A stretch of 64,000 nucleotides of DNA, from assembly GCA_031835245.2 (NCBI GenBank), contig JAVKOQ020000051.1:124001-188000 (forward strand), in the 5' to 3' direction. The DNA is from Balamuthia mandrillaris (taxonomy: Eukaryota). This document shows, in pieces, positions 24,728-36,000 of this stretch. Positions within the stretch are counted from its first letter, which is position 1, and each line of letters begins with the position of its first letter. The notes beneath the pieces were generated by a model that was not told where the DNA came from, searched no databases, and saw only the letters and a list, made by a program, of their open reading frames with translations. The translations under genes and the position numbers were made by a program.

Positions 24728-25444
24728 ATGACTTGCGCTCCGAAAAACGTGCTGGGAGGCTGCTGCGGCTGGTTCACCTTTGCGTTCCTGCTGTTGGCGT
24801 TGGTCTTTCCCTGGTATGTCTTCACGGTCTCAATGAAGGAAAAAGCGACCGGGGAGGACTGCGCCCAAGCCACCGTCTTCTTCTGGAGCACCATAACCTG
24901 CAGGGACAACCCCGAAGACTGCTCTCACCAGTGCGACGCCGTGTCAACCTCCAACTTTTGGTCCAAGGACGAGGCACCCTTTAAGGACTTAACTCCTGTC
25001 TTCGCCACCAGCTTCTTCCTTATCCTCTTCTCTACCCTGGTCTCTCTCTTCGTGGCTGTTCTCTTCAGCGTTCGTTGCTGCTGTATGCAGGAACCAACAG
25101 TCACCCCCACCGCGTTGAACATCACCGCCACGGTTTTGGGGGTGCTCTCCTTGTTGCTGCTGACCATCAGCATTATCTATTTTGCTGCCGGTCTCCCCAA
25201 AGCCTTTGCCAAAAGCCACGACGGCCCGTCTTCGGAGGAGGGACCCTGGAAGACCTTCATCGGCGCACACACTTTTGATGGTATGGATGAGAAGGACACG
25301 TTTGCCTGGGCTCCTGCTGGCTGGTGGTTCGCCCTTCTGGGCTGGCCATTCTTGTTAGGCACAATTGTGACTTTGGCGACCACCTTGAGGGCCACCCGCT
25401 ATGAGGATGGTTACGCCATGCTCCCTCCTGCTAAGCAGATGTGA
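24728..25444 (+). CDS. Four-TM membrane protein (array copy 3)
   Basis: ATG at 24728 (MTCAPKNV); same motif set as the paralogs. Confidence 0.78.
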   Translation: MTCAPKNVLGGCCGWFTFAFLLLALVFPWYVFTVSMKEKATGEDCAQATVFFWSTITCRDNPEDCSHQCDAVSTSNFWSKDEAPFKDLTPVFATSFFLILFSTLVSLFVAVLFSVRCCCMQEPTVTPTALNITATVLGVLSLLLLTISIIYFAAGLPKAFAKSHDGPSSEEGPWKTFIGAHTFDGMDEKDTFAWAPAGWWFALLGWPFLLGTIVTLATTLRATRYEDGYAMLPPAKQM

Positions 25445-25782
25445 TGTGCTTTTTTTCTTCTTCGTGGTTTCTCGCGACTTTGCGTTTCGCACATCGCAGA
25501 CCACAACAGTTCGTATATTCGCGCAATAAACTTATTTGCTGAACAACAAAGTAAGGATTGAGAGGAGGAGTGGGATAGCCACGGTAAGAATCCATGTGAA
25601 TGATAACTTTGCTGTAAGCAACAGAAGTGAACATTTTCGTAGATGACTTCTCCCCCCTGGCAAAGCTTCATCCACCACCTTCGACCAAGAGCTCCCCCGA
25701 ATGGATAGGATGATTGTTTGCGTTGTTGGCAACCTTCTTGTGTCTAACGTGACACTTGGGTGTACCGTGCTATTATGTGCAT

Positions 25783-26012
25783 AATGGAAAACTCCACCAT
25801 TGAAAAAGCAACGGACAATTTACTTGTTATGCACCTCTTATTTTGTCTCCCTGCTGATAACTAAGGGTATACCCCTCGCTGGTCGCCTTGCTGGAAAGAA
25901 AAAGGCCGCGGGTAACTTCCCTGAGTCGTTTAAAGGGTCTCCTGCTGCAACAGCGGGAGCGAAAGATCCAATAAAATTGTCCAAATGCTTTTCAATGGTG
26001 GAGTTTTCCATT
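25783..26012. repeat. ~40-bp imperfect inverted repeat (25783-25822 and 25973-26012)
   Basis: AATGGAAAACTCCACCATTGAAAA at the left arm is the reverse complement of TTTTCAATGGTGGAGTTTTCCATT at the right arm. Confidence 0.8.
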
Positions 26013-26133
26013 TTCTTCCCTCCATGAGACTAACACATGGCAATAAAGACCTTTAATGTAACTTCCCCGTCTTTAAACGTTCTCCTTCTGCGACACGCAC
26101 CCAACCGATCTCACAAAACGACTCAACTGAAGC

Positions 26134-26823
26134 ATGGCTAGATGTGCAAAAAACGTGGTGGGGGTGTGCCTCAGCTGGCTCGCCTTTGCCCTCTTGCTTC
26201 TGGCATTGGTGCTTCCGTGGTACATCTTCACCTCCAAGGCGAGCAATTGGTCAGAAGACAAGTGCAGCGCCGTTACCTTCTTCTTCTGGGCCACCATTTC
26301 CTGCGCGGACTCCCCTAACGGCTGCGGCAACTGCGACCAGGTTGCCGTCTCCAACTTTTGGTCCAAGGACGACCACCTCTACGAGTACTTGACCCCTGTC
26401 TTTGCCACCAACTTCTTCCTCATCTTCACCTCCACCCTGGTGGCCCTCTTCCTCGCCGTCTTCTTCAGCGTTCGTTGTTGCTGCCACAGGAGAGCGAAAA
26501 TCCCCAAAGCGTTGAACATCACCAGCTTTGTTGTGGCACTTCTCTCCTTGTTGTTGCTCACCATCAGCGTCCTTTACTTCAGTATCGGTCTTCCCAAGGC
26601 CTTTGCCAAAACCTTCAAGAATGCGCACGAAGATGGCCCCTGGGATACTTTCATCGGAACACACGAGCTTTGGGATGAAACGACGGTGTCCTGGGCTCCA
26701 GTTGGCTGGTGGTTTGCGGTGTTGGCCTGGCCGTTCGTGGTCGGCACCATGATCACTCTGGGCGCCGTCTTGCGCAACAAGATTGAAGCAGAAGGTTATG
26801 TCATGGTTCCCACCAAGTATTAA
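26134..26823 (+). CDS. Four-TM membrane protein (array copy 4)
   Basis: 229 aa; near-identical to copy 5. Confidence 0.8.
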   Translation: MARCAKNVVGVCLSWLAFALLLLALVLPWYIFTSKASNWSEDKCSAVTFFFWATISCADSPNGCGNCDQVAVSNFWSKDDHLYEYLTPVFATNFFLIFTSTLVALFLAVFFSVRCCCHRRAKIPKALNITSFVVALLSLLLLTISVLYFSIGLPKAFAKTFKNAHEDGPWDTFIGTHELWDETTVSWAPVGWWFAVLAWPFVVGTMITLGAVLRNKIEAEGYVMVPTKY

Positions 26824-26959
26824 GCCACCTGCTTCAAAAGCTTCCAATGCTCACTAAATAAACATGGCTGAAACCTTTTTCTCTCCTGCCATCTACAACA
26901 ACGAATGATGAACGAAAAAAGAATGGGGATGAGTCACAAAGAAAGAAGAACGAAAGTGG

Positions 26960-27102
26960 CAAGAAGAAAACATAACATATGAAGCGAATAACAAGAACAA
27001 AGGAAGACAGAAACAGAACAAACCCCAACAGACATGGCTTTCTTTTCGTCGAATGCTTGGGGGAGCGTCCCCGAGACGCGTGTTGTTGATGTTTGTTTTG
27101 AC
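26960..27102 (-). pseudogene. Duplicated, frameshifted fragment (exon plus intron) of the neighbouring SDR gene
   Basis: Matches 28531-28669 (VKTNINNTRLGDAPQAFDEKKAMSV) with GGGG changed to GGGGG. Confidence 0.85.
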
Positions 27103-27502
27103 TTTGCGTTCCACACATCGCAGACCATTCACCTTTTCGTAGTTCACCTCCCGCCCCGCTGGCAAAGCTTCATAGGGTCCGCCACCTTTTGATCAAGAGC
27201 TTTCCCGAACGGATGGGGCATCGTTGGCTTCACCGTTCTTGCGTGGTTGGGCACAACCGGTGGAACCCTCTCTTGCGGGTCAGCAAGCCTTTGGAAGGCA
27301 AAATGAAGGGTTGGGCAATACAGATCCAATAAAATTGTCCATTGCCTTTTCAACGGTGGAGTTTTCCATTTCTTCGGTAATGAGAAAAATACGTGGAAAA
27401 TAAAAGCCTCGTGTAACTTCCTCTTCTTCTGCTTTTAAAAAAAGAGTCCACACACACGATAAGCTAATCTCACCAAACGACTGGAGGTTTAAAAACAAAA
27501 GC

Positions 27503-28192
27503 ATGGCCACTTGTGCACCCAAAAACGTGGTGGGGGGCTGCCTCAGCTGGCTCGCCTTTGCCCTCTTGTTTCTGGCATTGGTGCTTCCGTGGTACGTCTT
27601 CACCTCCAAGGCGAGCAATTGGTCAGAGGAGTGCAGCGCAGCTACGGTCTTCTTCTGGGCCACCATTTCCTGCGCGGACTCCCCTAACGGCTGCGGCAAC
27701 TGCGACCAGGTTGCCGTCTCCAACTTTTGGTCCAAGGACGACCACCTCTACGAGTACTTGACCCCTGTCTTTGCCACCAACTTCTTCTTCATCTTCACCT
27801 CCACCCTGGTGGCCCTCTTCCTCGCCGTCTTCTTCAGCGTTCGTTGTTGCTGCCTCGAGAGAGCGACAACGCCCAAAGCGTTGAACATCGGCAGCTTTGT
27901 TGTGGCGCTTCTCTCCTTGTTGTTGCTCACCATCAGCGTCCTTTACTTCAGTATCGGTCTTCCCAAGGCCTTTGCAAACACCTTCAAGGGCGCGCAGGGA
28001 GATGGCCCCTGGGATACTTTCATCGGAACGCACACGTTTGACGATGACAGGACGGTCGCCTGGGCTCCAGTTGGCTGGTGGTTTGCGGTGTTGGCCTGGC
28101 CGTTTGTACTCGGCACCATGATCACTCTGATCACCGTCTTGAGCAACAAGAATCGAGAAGAAGGTTATGTCATGGTTCCCACCAAGTATTAA
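27503..28192 (+). CDS. Four-TM membrane protein (array copy 5)
   Basis: 229 aa; near-identical to copy 4; ends EGYVMVPTKY. Confidence 0.8.
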   Translation: MATCAPKNVVGGCLSWLAFALLFLALVLPWYVFTSKASNWSEECSAATVFFWATISCADSPNGCGNCDQVAVSNFWSKDDHLYEYLTPVFATNFFFIFTSTLVALFLAVFFSVRCCCLERATTPKALNIGSFVVALLSLLLLTISVLYFSIGLPKAFANTFKGAQGDGPWDTFIGTHTFDDDRTVAWAPVGWWFAVLAWPFVLGTMITLITVLSNKNREEGYVMVPTKY

Positions 28193-28300
28193 GCCACCTA
28201 CTTCAAAGCTTCCAATGATATTTTATGCTTACTGCAGTAAACGCTGATTAAATAAACGATTGAGAAAAAGGATTGCAAAACCAAGAGCCCCTGTGTTGCT

Positions 28301-29055
28301 TTACGCAGCTTTGTTGTGGCCGGTAACGTGCTGCATGGCTCTCAAGCTGATCCAGTCGTAGAGCTCAGGCAAAAAGAAGCGAACGTAAACGCCCGCTTTG
28401 CCATAGCTTGTCATGACTTCCTCTCGTTTGCCTTTCTCGATGGCTGACACCATTATCTCTCCTGCCGTCTGATAAACGAAAAAAAAAAGAAACGTGATGA
28501 TTACCAAAGAAAGAAGTACGAAAGGAGCAGAAAGAAAACATAAAATATGAAGAGAATAACAAGAGCAAAGGAAGACAGAAACAAAACAAACCTCAACAGA
28601 CATGGCTTTCTTTTCATCGAATGCTTGGGGAGCGTCCCCGAGACGCGTGTTGTTGATGTTTGTTTTGACGAAGCCAGGGCAGATGATGCACACATCGATA
28701 TTGTTATATCGGCTCTTCAACTCACAACGAAGACTGTCATAAAAACCTTTTCCAAGGAGAAGAGCCAGAAGGAAAAAAAAAATAAGAGAAACCATTAAGG
28801 AGCCGCTCATGAGTGTAAGAGTCAAACAAATGAAAGCACGGAAGTTGGTTACCATGTAGAGCAAACTTGGAAGCACAATAGCCGGACCTGGTCGGAACTC
28901 CTCCTTTGCCAGCGATGGAAGACATGACCACAATTTTAGCGTGCTTAGACCGCTTCAAATAGGGAAGGGCAAATTTGGTGCAGTCGATGCAGCCTGTGCA
29001 GGAAGGAAGCAAAAGAGAGAAGGAGGACAGGAACAGGTGGAGCGCGAGAGAGAAG

Positions 29056-29091
<36 letters not shown>

Positions 29092-29976
29092 TAAGAGAAA
29101 GCAAATCGGAAGAAATAGAGAAGTTGTGCATACCATAATAGTTCACGTCCATTAGCCTTCGGAAAATAGAGAGGTCTTTAACATCTTCGAAGCATTCTCC
29201 CATGGAAATACCTTCGTTGTTTCAGTGTAAACACAAAGTTAGCCGAAACTACCATTCGTTATCTGAGAGTTGCAATGCCGTACCCGCATTGAGAATGATG
29301 CAGTCAAAGACACCATCCAACTTTTTGGCAGCTGTTTCTATCAAGTGCCTGAAAACGAAAGACAGAAGGAGAAGGAGAAGGAGAAGGAGAAGGAGAAGGA
29401 GAAGGAGAAGGAGAAGGAGAAGGAGAAGGAGAAGGAGAAGGAGAAGGAGAAGGAGAAGGAGAAGGAGAAGGAGAAGGAGAAGGAGAAGGAGAAGGAGAAG
29501 GAGAAGGAGAAGGAGAAGGAGAAGGAGAAGGAGAGAAAGAAAGAGATTAAGGGTTGGTACGAAACAAAAATGAGACGGAGGGGGCCAAACCTGCATTCCT
29601 CTTGCTTCGATATGTCGCTCACAATGCAGTCCACTTGAGCAGCGCCCAACTTTGAGCATTCCTCTGAAACGCGCTGCAGCTCTTCTTCTCTTCTCGCTGC
29701 CAGCACCAACCTCGCTCCCATACCAGCGTAGCGTTTGGCAAGCTCCTCTCCTTTTCATCAGAGAAAACAAGAACAGTCAAAATCTCCAGCTCTCTCACTC
29801 CTCCACACTGAAAAAAAACAGTAGCACCCACCAATCCCACTGGAAGCACCCGTGATAACGATGCGTTTTCCTTGGCCATTCCACACTGGAGGAGCGAACG
29901 CCAAGTCGTAGAGCTTCTTCAGGAGCTTGGGCACGACGAGCCAGGCCAAACCAGTCAGCAGCACTGTCCACAACAT
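28301..29976 (-). CDS. Short-chain dehydrogenase/reductase (DHRS7/11beta-HSD-like), multi-exon, N-terminal anchor
   Basis: IVITGASSGIG, LVLAARR, ILNAG, MDVNYYG, SSIAGK, GYCASKFALHG, ICPGFVKT. Confidence 0.9.
29365..29530. repeat. (GAAGGA)n microsatellite in an SDR intron
   Basis: Direct reading. Confidence 0.95.
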
Positions 29977-30138
29977 TTCTCGTTCTTCGATTGATAACTT
30001 CTTGTTATTTATTGCTGAAATTATTTTCTGCGGACAAATTATTGTTCATTTTGTCGACAAAAATAATATTTTATGATACTATTAAATTAATCTGGATAAA
30101 TTAACAACAAAAACCAAAATTATTCACCACCACTGCTC

Positions 30139-30696
30139 CTAGGGATTGAGCTCGGTGTTCTTTACAGCGGCCCAGCCGAGCGAGGCCAACGAGGCAGCAT
30201 CCCCCTCTTTGCCCTTGCTGGGCGAGGGTGGGACCATCGGCAGGGTGGTGGCCACTTTGCCGGAGAACGCCTTCCTCAAGCCCTGAAAGATTTTGTAGGA
30301 CCAATAGGCGTTCAAGCAGCAGAGGGCGCTGACCGACAGGGTTTGAATGAGCTTCAGGTAGACGGCCATGTTGGGCACTTCCGGCTCCCCGCCCCACCAC
30401 ACCCAAAGAGCCCCGCGAAACCATACGTAGGGCAGGGGCAGGGTGCGGAAGATGAAGAAGCTGATGCTCATGAGCAGGCCCACCACCAGGTAGAGCTGGT
30501 GCCGCTGCAGCTTGAGCACGTAAAAGTTCCACCGCAGGTTGACAAAGACGGTGGAGGCTTCCGTGAGGAGGTAGTACTTGCAGAGCCAGATGGGCACGCG
30601 GAAGAGAATGGCCAACCAGCTGCCCAGCAGGCCCACCCCGTGATGTACAAAAGTGCCTTTCATCCAAAGAAAAAAGATGAATGACGTGAGTGACGT

Positions 30697-30736
<40 letters not shown>

Positions 30737-30933
30737 CCTGAACCTGTTTCGGAGCGAAAGTCCTGGAGATGGGTGATGACCACAAAACTGTCAAAAACAA
30801 AGTAGCCGGCGGTATGGGTGAGCACCACGTTCTGGCTCAGGACGTTGAGATGCCACAACGTAGCGAGGATGAGGCAGCCGATGGCATGTTCCGAAGAAAC
30901 ACAACGACTATACCACTCCACTTCGCTGGTTAC

Positions 30934-30981
<48 letters not shown>

Positions 30982-31183
30982 CGAATCATCAAAATCGCAA
31001 ATGAGCGTAAATCGCAAAAAAAAAAAAGTAACCCCAAAACCTTTCGTAAGGGATGTTGAGCTCAGCGAGCTTTTTCTAGAACCGATGCACTCTCTGGAAG
31101 AGAAACTGGAAAAGAAAGTACCACGCCATGTGGTAGACCGCCCACATGCTGAACAACGTAATCGGCACCTCCACGTTCACCAT
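30139..31183 (-). CDS. TLC (TRAM/LAG1/CLN8) domain membrane protein; in-frame TAG at codon 36 of the inferred exon 1
   Basis: EWYSRCVSSEHA, AGYFVFD, FVHH, TEASTVFVNLRW, FFIFR, LNAYWSYKI. Confidence 0.72.
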
Positions 31184-31625
31184 CTCTCTCTGTTCTGTTG
31201 GTTTTTTTTATTTTATTTTTTGTGTCCGATCACATGTATCGCTTTAGATCACATGTCGACACATTTTTCTTTGGTTTCTCATTTGTTACGTGAAATCGAT
31301 GGAGTATAGATATCTGCGCTTGATCTCGATGAGTTCCTGGCCAAAGTGTGCCTGTCGACATCCACCCCCCTTTCAAATAAAAATGCAACCAGTTGCTGCG
31401 CGGCGTTGAATGAGCTCACGATCTCCCTCCCACCAAAAATAGGCAAAAGCGTAGCAAAGATAGCAAGTGCATCACCCGCTCAAGCCTTGGTTGCTCGCGC
31501 CATCATTCCTCCTCCTCTCCCAGTTGGGCTACGTGTGAGTGTGTGTGGAAACGAACGAAAACGAACCAACCAGCATAACACTGGCCTCTCCTGAAACATA
31601 TCACACACACACTACACGCGCACAA

Positions 31626-32751
31626 ATGGCTACGTCCTCTGTTGGTTCGTTTCTCTTTTTCTCTCTCTCTCTCTCTCTTCTTTGCTTTCTCCAAGCATCT
31701 CGTTTTGGGGAAGGGGAGGCAAAAAATGTAGTGGGAAAGAGGAGTGCTGATTCCTCTCTCTCTGTTTCTTTGCAACATTTCACCAGAGGTACCGTATACC
31801 TGGTCACAAACGTTGGCTGAGGTGACCCTGTCGGCCCCGCTCCCGCCGGGCACTCGTGCCAGGAACATAGAGTGCAAGATTACTTCCAAAAAGCTTTTCG
31901 TGAAGCTCAAGTCGGAAGCGGAACCTCTCATCCAGGTTTACTTTTTTTTTCAAGGCCTCTTTTGTGAAATCAGTTTCGCTCAACCTGTTCTATGTCTCTT
32001 TAGGGAGATCTGTACCAAACAGTGAAACCCGAGGAAAGCTTTTGGCAAATCGGTATCTTGTTCTTTCACTCTCTTTCTCTCTTTTCTCTCACCTCTCTCC
32101 CTCTTCCCTCTTCCCTCTTCCCTCTTCCCTCTTCCCTCTTCCCTCTTCCCTCTTCCCTCTTCCCTCTTCCCTCTTCCCTCTTCCTTCCCTCTCTCCCTCT
32201 TCCTCTTCCTTCCTCTTCCTCTTCCCTCTTCCCTCTTCCCTCTTCCCTCTTCCCTCTTCCCTCTTCCCTTGTCTCCTTTTAGTTGTTGTTCTTTTGTTCT
32301 TCTCTTCTAACAAAAGTTATATCCTGCAGATGATAGCAACAACTTAACGGTGGAGTTACAAAAGGTGAACAAAATGGAGTGGTGGAAGTGTGTCATAAAG
32401 GGACATCCTGAGATTGACACCACCAAGATCGAACCGGAGAATTCCAAACTTTCTGACCTTGACGAAGAGACCAGAAAGATTGTTGAGAAAATGATGGTTT
32501 GGTCTTCTTTTCTCTTCTTTCTCTCCTCTTGCGTCTTTCCTGTTCTCTTCTCTATCTCTCTCTTCTCTCTCCGTTCTCCTGTTCTCGTCTCTCTGCTCCC
32601 TCTTCTCTTGCTAATACTTTGCACTCAGTTTGATCAGCGACAAAAGGCAGCAGGACTCCCAACAAGCGATGAACAGAAAAAGAAAGAGGCGTTGGAAAGT
32701 TTCATGAAGCAGCACCCAGAAATGGACTTTAGCAACGCCAAGCTGAGCTGA
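31626..32751 (+). CDS. nudC: NudC-family (CS domain) protein, multi-exon
   Basis: [96 protein letters not shown]. Confidence 0.92.
32095..32268. repeat. (CTCTTCC)n heptamer repeat in a nudC intron
   Basis: Direct reading. Confidence 0.9.
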
Positions 32752-33043
32752 TAAGGTTTTTTTTTCTTCCAAAAAAATATATTTTACCAATGGAATGAGC
32801 GCAGAGGAAATGAAACAATGAACCACCACCACAAGATATTCCCTTCGCCGGCATGTGTGTTCCCATTCCTTCCCATCTATCAAGCTGTTCGCCTTCTTTC
32901 TTCTCCTCTCCTCTCCTCTCCTCTCCTCTCCTTCGTTTTTGTTTCCATTATTTATCACAACGAATTGTTTTTACACTGTTGATAATTATTTGCACGTATC
33001 GATTATTTACCACACAAAGAAATAAATTGTTATCATTTGTTTT

Positions 33044-36000
33044 TTATTTGTCGCTTCGCGACGATTCGTTTAACTCAAAGTGAAAAGGTATCCGATAAGA
33101 AATGATGTCTGCTGCTTTGAGTGCTGCTTCCGTTCGTGTCTTCTCTGCGTCCTCCTTTTGTTTCTTTTCTTCCATCTTCGTTGCTGTTGTTCGTTTTTGG
33201 TGGGGCTGCTGTTCTTTTCGTCTTCTCTTTCTTTGTTGTTGCTTTCTTTTCTTTTTTCGCGAGACTGCGACTGTTGTTTGTTTGCTTCCCTCCTCTTTCT
33301 TGCTCCGTTCCTCTCTTCTCTTCTTCACCCGTATCAACTGTTGTGTTTCTCCTGTCAGTGAGAAGGAAGAACTCGAGCCAGAGGAAGATGCAACGTTGAT
33401 TGCTGCTCTTATTCCTCCACATACTTCTCTCTCTTCTTCGTCTTCTTTTTCTTCTGTTGTTGATGTCGTTGTATCTATGTGTTCATCAGTTTCGCTCTTG
33501 TGTCTTGTTGCTGCATTCTTTGTGGAGGTTCCGAGAATAGAAGCCAACGTCATGTAAGAACCAAGCATCTCTACTTCCATCTCTTCCTCTTCTGCATCCT
33601 GTGATTCGTCATCATCCTCATGATCTCCTTCCTCGTCAGCACTGTAACAATGGCGGTGATGATTAGGTTGATGATGTTGAAGAATATCAGGCTTCTTTTT
33701 TGTGTCTTTTGAAATCCCGAAGAAGACAGAAGAAAGAGTGGCATCGTTTGTTGTCGTTGTTATCGTAAGTTCGCTGCCATCAGCTGCGGAAGAACTAGAA
33801 GAGCGAGACGAGGAAGAACGTCCGTCATCCTCCTCTTCCACTGCATAAGTCTTCATGGCGTCTGCTTCGGACTCGGAGTCAGATTCGGAAGTTTGGTTCG
33901 TTCCGTAGATTGCTTCGAGGGCGCTCAAATGACTCGAAAGCTTGTCTACAATCTGTTGGAAGGTTATTCTATATTGTTGTTTCAGTTTGTTTTAAATAAG
34001 TGTCAACTGGATACGAACTTTAAAGAAAAAAAAACAAGTTTGAAGAAAACAAAAACAATAAATGAACAAACAGAAGAAAGAAAAAACTAACCTTTGTTCA
34101 GGCTTTTCCTTCCAACATTTACGAATGATTTTGGCAAGAATAGGGTCGGCATCTTTCGGCACTTTGAGACGGGTGTTTTCTTTTGAGACGCGAACAATGA
34201 CTTGAGCAGCGTCCAGGCCTCTCCATGGCACTTTTCTGGTGATCATCTCCCACAAAAGTACTCCGTAGGAAAAGGCGTCTGATGCCTCCGAGTGAAGGAT
34301 CGACTCAGGCGCCATCCACTATAGTTTGGAAAAAATAAAAATGAGAATGAAGAGAATAAAAACAGAGAAAGAGTGATAGAAGAGCGAAAGAGAAGAAAAG
34401 GAAACACATACTCGGACAGGTCCAGTTGTGGATTGAGTAGTATTTAAATCTTGGTTCTCTTTCACTCGTGCCATTCCAAAGTCCGAAATATATACAGCTT
34501 TTGTTGGGTTTATTAACCGGTGATAGTTTCAATAAAAAAGGGAGCATGAGCACGTACAATAGTTTTCTCCTACGAGAACGTTACGCATAGCTATGTCCCT
34601 ATGAATAACCTTTTCCTTGTGTAAATGTAGAATTCCTGTTTGTTGTTAAAGTTAGGTGATAGAAAGAAGGAATAATTGCTATTTACAAGAAAGCAACAAA
34701 AGAAAGCATCGACAGAAGCACAAAAGAAAAGGAAAGGTACCTGCAGCAATGTCTCTCGCCATTCGCACAAGAACAACAAGTGGCACTTTCTCTTTGCGTT
34801 TCATCAACATGTCATAAAGAGACCCTTTTGCACAGTACTCTGAAACCAAAGCAAACTTGAGTTGACTGTCGGCCTTCATCACTGCTCCAATGAATTTGAC
34901 CACATTCGGATGATGCGACAGCTTTTGCATCATTTGAGCTTCTTCTTTTATATCTGTAAAAAAGCAGATTGTTATGAGCGCAGCGTAGTTGAAGAACAAG
35001 AGACGTAAAAGAGAGACCGAGAGAGAAAGCGAGACAGAGAGAAGACAAACCTATGATTAAAGATTCATCCATAGCTTCGGGACGAATGTTGTTAAAGACT
35101 TTAACTGCAACTGGCGCTCCCCTCCATTCCCCTTTGTACACCTTTTTTTGGTTTTGTAAGTGAGCAGAACGAAAGAGCATATAGATGGAGAACGAGAACA
35201 GTACTTTGCCAAATGCTCCTTGTCCTAACAGCCGATCGAGACGAATGTCTTCCGGATCGATTTCAGTGTAAGTAAATCTGGTCTTTCCTCTTCGTCCCAT
35301 TTCCATTCCTTCATCCTCTCCTATTCCATTTTTGTTAAACAATTACAGATTAGTTTCATATAAGAAGCAAAATACAAACAAACAAACAAACAAACAAACA
35401 AACAAACAAACAAACAAACAAACAAACAAACAAACAAACAAACAAACAAACAAACAAACAAACAAACAAACAACAAACAAACAAACAAACAAACAAACAA
35501 ACAAACAAACAAACAAACAAACAACAAACAAACAAACAAACAAACAAACAACAAACAAACAAACAAACAAACAAACAAACAAACAAACAAACAAACAAAC
35601 AAACAAACAAACAAACAAACAAACAAACAAACAAACAAACAAACAAACAAACAAACAAACAAACAAACAAACAAACAAACAAACAAACAAACAAACAAAC
35701 AAAGAATTAAACAGAGGAATGCATAATGTACCTTCCCATTCTTTCTGTCGATTCCAACAACAAAACCGAAATATACAACCTCCAATACCCAACACCAAGA
35801 AACACAGAATAATCGAGAACGTCACCGAGACAGGAACCGTGATGGCCAACAACGTTTCCTTGTCAGTTCCTGTGGATGGAAAAACAGGACATGGTCCCCA
35901 CGCCATGTATAACGGTTCTATAGAGTTCAATCGTGTTCCTCCGTAGAATCGTCCGTCGGATCCGGTTGGGGGTTGGTAGTTTCCCAAGTTATAGTACAAT

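Noticed and set aside
27144..27353. Short minus-strand ORF similar to sequence at 25629-25720
   Set aside because: The two copies have indels and no identifiable family; explained as duplicated intergenic DNA, though an old gene relic cannot be excluded.
31076..31078. Genome-wide TAG reassignment
   Set aside because: TAG terminates other genes at the expected place (Hsp20 at 14811-14813) and no other in-frame TAG was seen in conserved exons.
33044..33928. Apparent stand-alone 294-aa acidic/basic gene
   Set aside because: It starts at TTG and is reached in frame by splicing from the kinase (PEQR-ITFQQIVDKLSSHL), so it is best read as the last kinase exon.
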